From Roseibacillus sp. (GTDB lineage Bacteria > Verrucomicrobiota > Verrucomicrobiia > Verrucomicrobiales > Akkermansiaceae): DNA of 64,000 nt. Of this stretch, positions 27,677-37,275 are shown piece by piece. The first letter of the stretch is position 1, and every line of letters begins with the position of its first letter. The stretch covers positions 128,001 through 192,000 of the forward strand of contig JBPOGI010000001.1 in assembly GCA_051251855.1 (NCBI GenBank), in the 5' to 3' direction. The notes below the pieces were generated by a model that saw nothing but the letters and a program-made list of their open reading frames with translations, was not told the origin of the DNA and did no database searches. The position numbers were made by a program, and so were the translations under genes.

Positions 27677-28567
27677 ATGAGCGACTCTAACGAACTGGTC
27701 TGTAAGCCTACCAAGTGGTTTCTATGGCGTGCCCTTGCGATGGCACTGATGTTTGGGGTGGGAGCATTCATGTTCTTTAAGGACTGGAAGTGGGGTTATC
27801 CTGAAAAGAATGTGGAGCGATTCTACTTTCTCGCTTTTGAGTCCGCGAAGGAAGACTTTGCGGAGCACTTGGAAGAGGGGAGAAGTCCCGAGGATTGGGA
27901 GAGTTTCGCGCAATCACAGAAGGTTTTCCGAGTGATTGATGACCCGAAAGAGAAGGTGGAGGATGTGGCGGCTATCGTGCCTGCGAGCACTGATTTTGAG
28001 ACCCCTTGGCCGGAGATTCTCGCCGATTTTGAGACCTACTCTCCGCTCTATGAGGCTGGCAAAAATACTGCCAGTCCTCCGGGGTGGAAGAAGTTTTCGA
28101 ATTCTGACGGCCGGAAGTGGTCAGAAAAGTCGGAGAAGTCTTTGAAGACCGAGGGGAAGATTAAGGAGCAGCTTTATATCGGCATTCTGTGCAGCGTTCT
28201 TTTCTTGGGGGCGATCTTCTTTTTCTTGCGCACGAATGGACGTTCGATGCGGGTCAATAGTGAGGGATATACTCCGCCAGGGGGGAAGTTGATTCCTTTT
28301 GGGGATATCAAGCGGATTGATGCTCGGAAGTGGGATACAAAGGGTTTAGCTTATTTGTTCTACGAGCAGGGCGGCAGCGAGAAAAAGGCCAAGATTGATG
28401 GAATGGTCTATGGGCAGTTTAAAAAAGAGGAAGGGGAGCCGGCTCAGAAGCTTTACGAGCGTATTTTGTCCAATTTTCAAGGCGAACTCATCGAGTTGGC
28501 GCCTGACGATGAGGAGGACGATGAAACAAAAGAAAAATCGCCTGTTACAAATGACAGCGAGGATTGA
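27677..28567 (+). CDS. Hypothetical two-TM membrane protein
   Basis: Long ORF with two hydrophobic segments; ATG 27677 chosen; no family recognised. Confidence 0.7.
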   Translation: MSDSNELVCKPTKWFLWRALAMALMFGVGAFMFFKDWKWGYPEKNVERFYFLAFESAKEDFAEHLEEGRSPEDWESFAQSQKVFRVIDDPKEKVEDVAAIVPASTDFETPWPEILADFETYSPLYEAGKNTASPPGWKKFSNSDGRKWSEKSEKSLKTEGKIKEQLYIGILCSVLFLGAIFFFLRTNGRSMRVNSEGYTPPGGKLIPFGDIKRIDARKWDTKGLAYLFYEQGGSEKKAKIDGMVYGQFKKEEGEPAQKLYERILSNFQGELIELAPDDEEDDETKEKSPVTNDSED

Positions 28568-28633
28568 TTTTCGCGATTGCCAAGGTTGAGTTACCTGCGT
28601 AATCCTCAGGCACACTTTAACTGAAACGACCCT

Positions 28634-28876
28634 ATGTCAGACAAAACGAACGAAGAAAGAATCAAGGATATCATCGTCGAGCAACTCGGCGTGAACGTAG
28701 ACCAAGTCACTGCAGACGCAAAGCTCATGGAGGACCTCGGTGCGGACTCTCTCGACGCAGTTGAGTTGGTGATGGCTATTGAAGAAGAGTTTGGAATTGA
28801 GGTTCCTGACGATGAGGCTGAGAAGCTGACTTCAATGGGCGACATCAAGGCGTATGTCGACAAGTCAGATGCGTAA
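28634..28876 (+). CDS. acpP: Acyl carrier protein
   Basis: '[26 protein letters not shown]'. Confidence 0.97.
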   Translation: MSDKTNEERIKDIIVEQLGVNVDQVTADAKLMEDLGADSLDAVELVMAIEEEFGIEVPDDEAEKLTSMGDIKAYVDKSDA

Positions 28877-28908
28877 TGCTTTCGAGCGACGCTCGGTATT
28901 TTTTAACG

Positions 28909-28937
28909 AAGGTGGATCCGCACGGGTCCACCTTTTT
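28909..28937 (+). terminator. Rho-independent terminator after acpP
   Basis: AAGGTGGATCC-GCAC-GGGTCCACCTTTTT. Confidence 0.8.
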
Positions 28938-29004
28938 GTTTTTTCTCTTTCCCGAAATTTTGCGGTTGCCAGAGTGGTGACGCTGAACGACCTACCCCTC
29001 TCAT

Positions 29005-29535
29005 TTGAAACCGCATTCGCCTGACACAGTTCAATACGCTTTGGAGACCACTCAGGTTCTCTACGAGCCGGATCGGCGGATTGATACCTTTGGCTCAACG
29101 AATTTTGAGTTCCAGTTGCTAAGTGAGCCGATGGACGCGGTGGGCCAGGTTCGGGTCCGGACGGGCAAGTTTGAGGCCTCTCAGCCCCAGATTATTCGAC
29201 CCGAAGGCTATCAAGAGATCGAAACGGAAGGATTTGGCGAGCATGCTAAGAAGCTCTTCGACTGGATGGAGAAAGAGGGGCAGATGCCGCAAATGTTGCA
29301 GTATGGCTTTCAGTTCAAGCGAAGCGATGTGACGGAAGAGTTGCTTCATGAGCCGATTGCTGATGTGAGAGGCCGTCTTTTGGAACGTGCCAAGGAGGAA
29401 GGGCGACCGATGCAAGCTGTCATTGAAGGGGTGGATGACGCTTGGGAGATTTGCCTTCTGCGCTTCGGCATGGAGATGATTTCAATGTCGAAGGGGATTA
29501 ACCTCTTTGATTTTAAAAGAAAGGGCCTGCTCTAA
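29005..29535 (+). CDS. Conserved-looking hypothetical protein
   Basis: Coding-like ORF with 'PDRRIDTFG' and 'IEGVDDAWEICLL'; function not recognised; start uncertain. Confidence 0.7.
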   Translation: MKPHSPDTVQYALETTQVLYEPDRRIDTFGSTNFEFQLLSEPMDAVGQVRVRTGKFEASQPQIIRPEGYQEIETEGFGEHAKKLFDWMEKEGQMPQMLQYGFQFKRSDVTEELLHEPIADVRGRLLERAKEEGRPMQAVIEGVDDAWEICLLRFGMEMISMSKGINLFDFKRKGLL

Positions 29536-29556
29536 GCGAGGAGGAGTCAATTGAAG

Positions 29557-30447
29557 ATGAGATTTTCGACCATTTGTAAAGGAATCGCGGCTGCACTCGT
29601 GCTGGCTGTGATGGCTGCGACCGCGTTTCTGGTCCATCGCTTTCAGCAGGACTTGGCGGTGCCTGAGCTCGAGAACCAGGAAATGTTGTTGGTTTTAGAG
29701 TCGGCAAAGCTGCCTGATGTGGAACCGGGTGACCGTGCTTCGCAGCGGGCGGCCGAATTGATTGCGACGGGTGAATTTGAGGAGGCGAAGAAGAAGCTCC
29801 ACTTTATCATTAACTTTAGTCCTGGCTCTCCTGCGGCGAAGGAAGCACGAAGAATTCTAGGGGAGGTCTATTTGGATGAGATTTTCGCTCCCGGTGAAAA
29901 TACTTGGAAGAAAAAGCATGTGGTGAAGAAGGGGGAGTTTCCTCTCAATCTTGCCAAAAAGTATGAGACCACACTCGATTGCATGATGGTGGTGAATAAT
30001 CTCAATCGTCTTCAGATCCACCCCGGTGATGAGCTGTATATGGTTGCGCTCAATTTTAATGTTCGCATTGATTTGAGACGCAAGGCGTTGACTTTACGTC
30101 GGACGATTTCGGAGGAGCCTCGACGTGATGAGTTTGTGAAGGAGTATGTTATCGAGCGATTCCGTCTGCCTTCGCAGAGCAAGATGGTGGTTCAGACGCA
30201 GGTGAAGGATAAAAAGGGGATGGTTGGGACGAGAAGTGTAAACACGAGCACGGATTCCTACCGTGAGTCGCAAAAGGTGATTTGGTTGGATACGCAAGGT
30301 TGGCAGGTCCGAGCAATGCCTGATGATAGCGACGAGTTGCCGGAAGGGAACGGTTTTTTCTTGGCTCGAACAGATGTTGAGGAGCTGGCTCTTTTATTAA
30401 GAGTTGGCAATTCGGTCGAAATCATGATGGATAAACAGGAAGAATAA
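29557..30447 (+). CDS. Membrane-anchored LysM protein with degenerate YkuD (L,D-transpeptidase)-like C-terminus
   Basis: N-terminal TM, LysM 'HVVKKGE....LAKKY.TT....M.VNNL....IHPGDEL', C-terminal 'GFFLARTDVEEL..LLRVGNSVEI'. Confidence 0.7.
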   Translation: MRFSTICKGIAAALVLAVMAATAFLVHRFQQDLAVPELENQEMLLVLESAKLPDVEPGDRASQRAAELIATGEFEEAKKKLHFIINFSPGSPAAKEARRILGEVYLDEIFAPGENTWKKKHVVKKGEFPLNLAKKYETTLDCMMVVNNLNRLQIHPGDELYMVALNFNVRIDLRRKALTLRRTISEEPRRDEFVKEYVIERFRLPSQSKMVVQTQVKDKKGMVGTRSVNTSTDSYRESQKVIWLDTQGWQVRAMPDDSDELPEGNGFFLARTDVEELALLLRVGNSVEIMMDKQEE

Positions 30448-30453
30448 ACGGGG

Positions 30454-31419
30454 ATGGAAAAGCCACTTGAATTCGAAAAACCGATCGCCGAGCTCGAAGA
30501 TGAGCTTGAGAATCTCAGACGCAAAGCTGAGGAGCAAAATCTTGATCTCGGAGGTGAGATGCAGGCTTTGCAAGAGAAGCTCGCGGGGACAAGAAAGCAG
30601 ATTTACGAAAACCTCTCTCCATGGCAGCGTGTACAAATCGCCCGTCACATTAATAGACCCTTTTTGCTAGATTACTTAGATAAATCTTTTGACGAGTTTT
30701 GCGAACTCCACGGGGACCGTCTGTTTGGGGATGACCGTGCGATGCCTGCCGGCTTGGCCCGGATTGGTGAGCATCGTTGCGTGGTGGTTGGCCATCAGAA
30801 AGGAAGAAATACCAAGGAGAATCTCGAGCACAACTTCGGGAGTGCTCATCCAGAAGGGTATCGTAAGGCGATGCGCCTGATGCGCTTGGCTGAGCGGTTC
30901 CATCTTCCGATTGTGGCGATGATCGATACTCCGGGTGCTTTCCCTGGAATTGGCGCTGAGGAGCGGAATATTGCAGAGGCAATTGCGGCGAATCTGCGCG
31001 ATATGATGGCGCTGAAGGTGCCCGTGATTGCGGTTGTACTTGGTGAAGGAGGTTCGGGTGGTGCTCTTGGAATTGGGGTCGCAAATCGAGTCCTGATGAT
31101 GGAAAACTCTTACTATTCGGTGATTAGCCCGGAGGGTTGTGCTGCCATTCTGTGGAAGCATCGGAAGCACGCCCCTGAGGCAGCTGAGGCGATGAAGTTG
31201 GCTGCTCCCGACCTGAAGAAACTCGGTCTCATCGATGGCGTAATTGCTGAGCCTGAAGGTGGAGCGCATCACGACCACGTGGCAACGGCGAAGAGCTTTC
31301 GCGAGACTCTTTTGGCGCAGCTTGATGAGTTGAGCAAAAAGTCGAGCGATGAGCTTCGCGATGAGCGCTACCAAAAGTTCCGTCATTTCGGGGTGTGGCA
31401 GGGTGAGGAGTTAGCCTGA
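30454..31419 (+). CDS. accA: Acetyl-CoA carboxylase carboxyltransferase subunit alpha
   Basis: 'LEFEKPI', 'ELHGDR', 'PEGYRKA', 'DTPGAFPG..AEE', 'GEGGSGGAL', 'YSVISPEGCA'. Confidence 0.97.
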   Translation: MEKPLEFEKPIAELEDELENLRRKAEEQNLDLGGEMQALQEKLAGTRKQIYENLSPWQRVQIARHINRPFLLDYLDKSFDEFCELHGDRLFGDDRAMPAGLARIGEHRCVVVGHQKGRNTKENLEHNFGSAHPEGYRKAMRLMRLAERFHLPIVAMIDTPGAFPGIGAEERNIAEAIAANLRDMMALKVPVIAVVLGEGGSGGALGIGVANRVLMMENSYYSVISPEGCAAILWKHRKHAPEAAEAMKLAAPDLKKLGLIDGVIAEPEGGAHHDHVATAKSFRETLLAQLDELSKKSSDELRDERYQKFRHFGVWQGEELA

Positions 31420-31430
31420 TTTTTTCAGGT

Positions 31431-31460
31431 AAGAAGAAGGAGCGTGAGCGTTCTTCTTTA
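31431..31460 (+). terminator. Possible terminator after accA
   Basis: AAGAAGGAGCG-TGAG-CGTTCTTCTTT imperfect hairpin. Confidence 0.45.
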
Positions 31461-31488
31461 TGTCTGAACGATTCCGACTTTTAAATCT

Positions 31489-32148
31489 ATGAGCCTTATC
31501 GAAGCCCGCGACCTTCATCGGAGTTATCTCCTGGGAAAGAAGGAACTCAAGGTGTTGAGGGGCGTCAATTTGAGCGTTGAGGCAGGGGAGAAGGTTTTTC
31601 TGTGTGGGCCGTCGGGAGCCGGAAAAACGACTCTCATGTATACTCTGGCAGGCTTGGAGCGGCCGGAGAAGGGGGAGGTGACGATTGAGGGAAAGAATAT
31701 CTACACTTTACCGGCTCGCGAGCAGTCAGGGTTCCGTAACCGAACACTGGGCTATATTTTTCAGAGCTTTTTCCTGCTGCCTGAATTGAGCGCGCTTGAG
31801 AATGTGATGATTCCTAGCTTGATCGACGGGAAGGAAAAGAGAGAACGCGCTCGAGACCTGCTAGAACAGGTCGGACTAGGAGAGCGTCTTGACCACTTGC
31901 CTGCTGAGTTGAGTGGTGGTGAGCAGCAGCGGGTGGCGATAGCGCGCTCGTTGGCAAATGAGCCTAAAATTATTTTTGCTGACGAGCCAACGGGGAATCT
32001 GGACTCGCGAAATGGAGCGGAAGTGATGAGTCATCTCTTCGAGCTTTCCGACCGAATTGGTGCCACTTTGGTGATTGTGACTCACGACAGGGAGCTAGCG
32101 AAGACGGGGGATCGCACGCTGGTGGTCTCCGATGGTGTGATTGAGTAA
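31489..32148 (+). CDS. ABC transporter ATP-binding protein (LolD/MacB-like)
   Basis: 'GPSGAGKTT', '[13 protein letters not shown]', 'ADEPTGNLD', 'VTHD'; no permease adjacent. Confidence 0.9.
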   Translation: MSLIEARDLHRSYLLGKKELKVLRGVNLSVEAGEKVFLCGPSGAGKTTLMYTLAGLERPEKGEVTIEGKNIYTLPAREQSGFRNRTLGYIFQSFFLLPELSALENVMIPSLIDGKEKRERARDLLEQVGLGERLDHLPAELSGGEQQRVAIARSLANEPKIIFADEPTGNLDSRNGAEVMSHLFELSDRIGATLVIVTHDRELAKTGDRTLVVSDGVIE

Positions 32149-32182
32149 GGGAGCGGACCTAGAGGTCCGTAATCTCTTAAGG

Positions 32183-32806
32183 TTACTGGTCGAAGAGAGC
32201 CTTGACGCAGTGGGCGGACCAAGTTTCGAGCTGAGGGTAGAGCTCTCCCAAAAGTCGTTCTTGGGTTTGGAAGGAGAGGTTAGCTAAAGCATCTTCGTTG
32301 GAGGTCACTTTCTCGTCATCGAGTTCAAAGAGGTGGACGATACCAAGGTGGACCTGACCCACAGGGTTCGAGTCATCATTGATAAGTCCGACGATACGAT
32401 TGCTGTGATCGCCGTCGATATTGAGTTCTTCTTCAATTTCCCGTTCGACGGCGGCATAGTAGGTCGCGAGGCCTAAGTGTTCTTCTCCGGCATCGACTGG
32501 GTTGATGTGCCCCCCGACGCCGAGGGAGCCTTGGGCGTGCAAACGAGATTCTCCTGAAGTCTTACCCCGAGTATAGTGAAGAACTTTGCCTGCGTGATGA
32601 AAGATGCAGTAGGGAATGATCTGCTTATGGCTGGGGTCGTCCTCGGCTTCTGCCCGATCCATGAAGAAGTTATTCGCGGGATCGAGGAGTGTGTCGAGGT
32701 AGTGGCTCCAATCCTGGTTGAAGCCCTGAAAAGCACCGAGGTCATCAAAGAGGGAGCGGGGCACTACGAGGATCTGCTCGCCTTTGTATTTCGCGTTTTT
32801 GGACAT
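32183..32806 (-). CDS. NUDIX-like predicted phosphoesterase (COG4112/YmaB-like)
   Basis: 'AEDDPSHKQIIPY', 'GESRLH..GSLGVGGHIN', 'REIEEE', 'INDD..PVG.VHLG'. Confidence 0.8.
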   Translation of the reverse strand: MSKNAKYKGEQILVVPRSLFDDLGAFQGFNQDWSHYLDTLLDPANNFFMDRAEAEDDPSHKQIIPYCIFHHAGKVLHYTRGKTSGESRLHAQGSLGVGGHINPVDAGEEHLGLATYYAAVEREIEEELNIDGDHSNRIVGLINDDSNPVGQVHLGIVHLFELDDEKVTSNEDALANLSFQTQERLLGELYPQLETWSAHCVKALFDQ

Positions 32807-32819
32807 AGACTATCTTTTC

Positions 32820-33332
32820 TCAGGACTGGTTCCGAACGTAAGCGGCGATTTTGGCATCGTCGTCACCGGCAGACCAAACTTGGCGTAGGAAGTCTGCGGG
32901 AGGAATATTGCCGTGGGTGCTGAGGAAATTACGATCTCCGCCACAGCCAAACATGATGTCGGGATCGAGCTCGCCGCGAAGCTTGTGGCGGGCCTTGGTA
33001 ATAATGCGTGGCAGGTAGCGGGTGCCTTCCAACACGTCCCCGAAAGTGGGAAGGTCTTTGGCCGTGATTTCTTGAGAGGAATGCTGGCCTTCTTGAATCA
33101 CGAGAAAGTAGTCCCTTCGCACGGCGGCAATAAGCAGGGCGGATGATCGAGTGGGTTGCCCCTCATCGGCAAGGTCTTCCACGAAGTCAAAGAGCTCGCG
33201 TGGCTTGTATCCGATGGAGGACAAGAAGGCTAAATCTTCGGCAGAGTAATAGGCTGAAAAGTCACGGTCGCCTGCCTGATAGCGGGCGAGACAACGGTCA
33301 AAAAGCTCCTCAAATTGTTCGTTCCAAAGCAT
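32820..33332 (-). CDS. DUF5069-like protein
   Basis: 'YLPRIITKAR..LRGEL......GCGGDR.FL'; start MLWNEQ at 33332. Confidence 0.6.
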   Translation of the reverse strand: MLWNEQFEELFDRCLARYQAGDRDFSAYYSAEDLAFLSSIGYKPRELFDFVEDLADEGQPTRSSALLIAAVRRDYFLVIQEGQHSSQEITAKDLPTFGDVLEGTRYLPRIITKARHKLRGELDPDIMFGCGGDRNFLSTHGNIPPADFLRQVWSAGDDDAKIAAYVRNQS

Positions 33333-33567
33333 GGCATGAAAATTTGAATGGAGATCGGCTTTGGTCCAGAACTTTTGCGGAAATCTCATCGATTTGGCTT
33401 CATGGTAGGCATATTTTGTGCATATAGTTTAGCCATGTTTAATCAGTTATTAGAAGGGGAATACGCCAGGTTGGCGTTGTTACCTTCTTCCTGCGAAGAC
33501 AAGCGGATAGCCGAAAGGTCTGGAAAGTTGGGAGGGCAACTAAGATTCGTGGGAGGAGCTGATTGAT

Positions 33568-34593
33568 ATGTCTGATTTTTTTGAGAGCGCTCGTTCAAGT
33601 GGGGTTATTGGCATGACTTTGATGCTCTGTCTATTGCTTGGCTTTGGGACTTTGTTTCTCGCTGTTTTTGATGACCGCCTCAATGGTGAGGGTGCATCGC
33701 GTTTAAAGGAAACGGTTCAAGAGCAGGCCTCCGAAATTTATATCTTGGAAGGGGAGGTTGATTGGGCAGGAGCTGAGCTGGAGGCTCAAGAGCGCTTTGG
33801 AATCATGCTTGAGGAACTTGATCAGACCAGCAAAGAGCTTGATGTGTTAACTCAGAAAGAAGGTTCTCTCATTGCGCAAATCGAGGATGAGAGGAAGATG
33901 ATTCATAAAATCGGGGAGGAACGGATAACGTATCAAGAAGAGTATCGAGTGTTTGCAAGAAGGGATGCGATTGGAGAGACTATTGAGGTGCTTACTTTGG
34001 CTAGTGGCAAGGTTTTGAAGAACGTCAAAATCCGGGAGATTCTTCCGGATAGGATTCGCTTTAAGACGGAGTATGGAACGACAAGTGTTGCTTGGGAGGA
34101 TTTTGCCGACGACATGAAGGAACGCTTTCAAATTGGAGAAAGTGAAGTGGAGGAGCATCAGGCCAAGATCGATGCTATTCAGACGAGGAAAAATCAGGTG
34201 GCAGCAAAAGGTCTTACTGACCGTGGAATCTATCTTCGTGAGGTGGAGTTAAGAAGAAGCTTGAGCCAAATTGGGTGGAGCCTTAACGAGAAGATCAGAA
34301 AGAGAGACAGCGCGATGGTCAAAGAGAATGCGCTGAGAACCAAGGCGAAGGATTACCGAACCAAAGCTGCTGCGTTGACGACGACCTATCAATATTCTAC
34401 TTGAGGCAGCTCCTATACGTCTTCGAGTTCGTCGACTAAACAAAGAATCAATCTCAACGCAGCCCAGCGATTTGAAGACGAAGCCAATGTCTTGAAGGCG
34501 AAGATCTCGATAGCCAATGGGCAGATTCGGAACATGGAGAATGAAAAGAGGGGACTTGAACGGGAGCTCAATGAGGTGAAGAGCAAGCGTTAG
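33568..34593 (+). pseudogene. TM/coiled-coil protein paralog 1, interrupted by an in-frame TGA at 34402-34404
   Basis: Closely similar to 35134-36105. After the TGA the same frame continues 62 codons to TAG 34591-34593 and matches the paralog C-terminus (EANVLKAKISIANGQIR vs DADILDSKISIVNEQIR). Confidence 0.75.
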
Positions 34594-34773
34594 CTCTCTT
34601 GCGATTAAGAAAATTGTCTGATGTTCGAGCTGAGGATTTTGATAGAGGCGGTTCCTTTTTAGGTTAGGAGCTGTTTATTGAAGCAATTTTTTTGGAAAGG
34701 GAGGGGGCTCTATCGGGAAAGTGTCACCCATTTGGCTTTGAAGTCTGCATCTGGTGTGCATATTCTTTTTTTC

Positions 34774-35100
34774 ATGTCTGGTAAGATATTAGGTTTTCTA
34801 TCTCTGGCACTGGTGTTGTTCTTATCTTCCTGTGAAGACAAGAAGATGGTTGCGCAGCACAAAGAGCAGTCGCGAGAGATCTTGATTTTGCGAGAGGAGT
34901 TAAATTCTCTCAAGGTTCGGATTGATGACAAGCCAACGAGGGATCCGAGTGCTCAGTTGGAGTCTCAAGAAACATTGGTTGAGGAAAAGAAGGGCGCTCT
35001 TTCTGATTTAGAGAAAGAACTGCAGCAACTTAAGGTTGAGAGGAAGGACGCTGAAAAGTCGTTCTCGGACTATAAGTTGAAGTATCGGTTGGGAGAGTAA
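34774..35100 (+). CDS. Coiled-coil lipoprotein
   Basis: Signal peptide with lipobox 'LFLSSC', then heptad-rich sequence. Confidence 0.7.
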   Translation: MSGKILGFLSLALVLFLSSCEDKKMVAQHKEQSREILILREELNSLKVRIDDKPTRDPSAQLESQETLVEEKKGALSDLEKELQQLKVERKDAEKSFSDYKLKYRLGE

Positions 35101-35133
35101 GTAGGTGTCGGTAGGTTTAAATTTAGTAATATT

Positions 35134-36105
35134 ATGTCTGATTTTTTTGAGAGAGCCCGTTCCACTGGGGTGATTGGGATCACGGTGATTATCTTTATGC
35201 TCATTGGTTTTGGAGCTTTGTTTATGGCGGTTTTTGATGACCGTCTGAATGGTGAGAACGCGACTAAATTGAAGGAGACCGTTCGTGAGCAGGCATTTGA
35301 ACTCTACGGCTTGGAGGACGAGATAGAGTGGGCGAGTGCAACTTTGTTAGAGCAAAAGCGCGTGGAAGCTGTTTCGGACGAACTCGAGAAAACAAACAAA
35401 GTATTGGAGGTGCTGACTCGCAAAGAAGCGGAGCTTACCACTCAGATAGAGGAAGAGAAAAAGGCCTTTCAGGAGGTGGACGAGGGCCAGCTCTCTTATC
35501 GGGAAGAGTATCGGGAATTTGTGAGGGAAAAGGCCATTGGGGAGACTTATGATGAGCTTAAGTTAGTCGGAGGAAAGGTTCTCAAGAATGTGAAGATTAG
35601 GGAGATCCTTCCGGACAAGATTCGGTTCACGACTGAGTTTGGCTCTACTAACGTAAGTTGGGATGAGGTGCCTGATGAAATACGAGAGCGCTTTCAGATT
35701 GGAGATGGTGAGCTAGAGGCGCATAAGGCCAAACTGCTAGCCATTCGCGCAAAAAGGAACCAGCTCGCGGTCGAGGGAAAAAATGAACGTGGTGTTTATC
35801 TTCGGGAGATGGAACTCAAGAAGACGGTGGACCGTCTGGCTCGCCTTCTTCAGGAAAAGAATAACAGTAAGAATGAAGCAAAACTGCGCGTGGCGGCCTT
35901 TAGAGCAAAGGCTAAGCAGTTCAGGACGAAGTCCTACTCAACGACTTTTAATCAGAATACAAACTCTGCTGTTGCGAGTAAGGCTAGCAAGGATGCAGAT
36001 ATCCTTGATTCAAAAATTTCGATTGTGAATGAACAGATCAGAGGTCTGGAGAGGGAAAAGGAAATTGCTGAGCGAGAGCTCATGATCCTGAAAAGGGAGC
36101 GTTAG
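35134..36105 (+). CDS. TM/coiled-coil protein paralog 2 (intact)
   Basis: N-terminal TM, coiled coil, globular 'GKVLKNVKIREILPDKIRF.TE.G...V.W...PD...ERF' module, C-terminal coiled coil. Confidence 0.8.
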   Translation: MSDFFERARSTGVIGITVIIFMLIGFGALFMAVFDDRLNGENATKLKETVREQAFELYGLEDEIEWASATLLEQKRVEAVSDELEKTNKVLEVLTRKEAELTTQIEEEKKAFQEVDEGQLSYREEYREFVREKAIGETYDELKLVGGKVLKNVKIREILPDKIRFTTEFGSTNVSWDEVPDEIRERFQIGDGELEAHKAKLLAIRAKRNQLAVEGKNERGVYLREMELKKTVDRLARLLQEKNNSKNEAKLRVAAFRAKAKQFRTKSYSTTFNQNTNSAVASKASKDADILDSKISIVNEQIRGLEREKEIAERELMILKRER

Positions 36106-36112
36106 AGGTATC

Positions 36113-36763
36113 TTAGAGAACAAGAAGGCTTTCGAGTTCTTCTCTCAAATTCGAAGGGTAAGTTTTCTGGCTCGAAGTGAGGTCGAGCGAAGGAGCACCC
36201 TCGTTTTGAAGGCAGGTCATGGCAACTCCATCGAGTCCACAAGGGGTGATTGCCTTAAAGGGAAGAAGGCTTTCGGGGCGAAGATTGAGAGCAAAGCCAT
36301 GGTAGGTGACCCACTTTTTCACGCCGACTCCTATGGAAGCGAGCTTGCGATCTGCTACCCAAATGCCGGTGAGTCCGTCTCGTTGGGTGGCGGGGACACC
36401 GACTTGATTGCTGAATCGAATGAGGGAGCCTTCGAGAGCTCGAAGGTAGGCGTGTAAGTCTTTGCCGAAAGGAGTGAGGTCGATGATGGGGTAGCCTACT
36501 AGTTGACCTGGTCCATGGTAGGTTGCTTGGCCTCCGCGTGAAATCTCGTGCACCGCGTGAGGGAGAGAGGCGGGGTCTTGGAGGGAAGATTGATCCCGAG
36601 TTCGACCAATTGTGTAGACGGGGGCATGCTCGAGCAGGAGGAGTGTATCGGGGATACTACCTGCGAGTCGCTCTTTTACCAGCTGCTCTTGAAGGGCGAG
36701 TGCCTCTTGGTAGGGCACGTCGATACCAAGGTTTCGAGTTTCCAACGTCACGCCGCCTTTCAT
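36113..36763 (-). CDS. lipB: Octanoyltransferase (lipoate-protein ligase B)
   Basis: 'LEHAPVYTIG', 'RGGQATYHGPGQLVGYPI', 'KLASIG', 'HGFALN', 'PCG'. Confidence 0.95.
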   Translation of the reverse strand: MKGGVTLETRNLGIDVPYQEALALQEQLVKERLAGSIPDTLLLLEHAPVYTIGRTRDQSSLQDPASLPHAVHEISRGGQATYHGPGQLVGYPIIDLTPFGKDLHAYLRALEGSLIRFSNQVGVPATQRDGLTGIWVADRKLASIGVGVKKWVTYHGFALNLRPESLLPFKAITPCGLDGVAMTCLQNEGAPSLDLTSSQKTYPSNLREELESLLVL

Positions 36764-37267
36764 TTAGATTCTCTTTCGGTCGAGGGCTTTCGCTTTGACG
36801 GGGTCGGAGGCGTAGAAGTGTGCGAGGGCGATAGCGAGGGCGTCGGCGGCATCGGCTTGTGGAGTCTCGGAGAGGCCAAGGATTGCTCTCACCATGAATG
36901 CGACCTGCTCTTTTTTTGCGGAACCCTTGCCTACAACAGCTTGTTTGACTTTGGTGGGAGCGTATTCGTAGATGGGAAGGCCTCGGTCAGCAGCGGCGAT
37001 AAGGGTGGCGGCACGGGCGGCTCCCATGGAGATGGCAGTGCGGTGAGATTGGACAAAGATGATGCCTTCGACGGCAACTTCATCTGGTTGCCATTTTTCG
37101 ATCTGATTCGCAATTCCCGTGCGCACGGCTGCGAGAGCCTGTGACTGGGGAAGGCGCTGAGGAATGGAGATGACGTCGTAGGCGAGGGCCTTCTGCTGAT
37201 ATGCGTCCCCCTCGATGACCGCAAAACCGGTGTTGCGAATTGCAGGGTCAATGGCCAAAACGCGCAT
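36764..37267 (-). CDS. ruvC: Holliday junction resolvase
   Basis: 'LAIDP', 'VAVE', 'EYAPTKVK.AVVG.G.A.KEQV', 'DAADALAIA'. Confidence 0.95.
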   Translation of the reverse strand: MRVLAIDPAIRNTGFAVIEGDAYQQKALAYDVISIPQRLPQSQALAAVRTGIANQIEKWQPDEVAVEGIIFVQSHRTAISMGAARAATLIAAADRGLPIYEYAPTKVKQAVVGKGSAKKEQVAFMVRAILGLSETPQADAADALAIALAHFYASDPVKAKALDRKRI

Positions 37268-37275
37268 AGAAGCGA

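Noticed and set aside
32154..32169. CGGACCT-AG-AGGTCCG hairpin between convergent genes
   Set aside because: Short stem with no U-tract; too weak to call a terminator or REP element.
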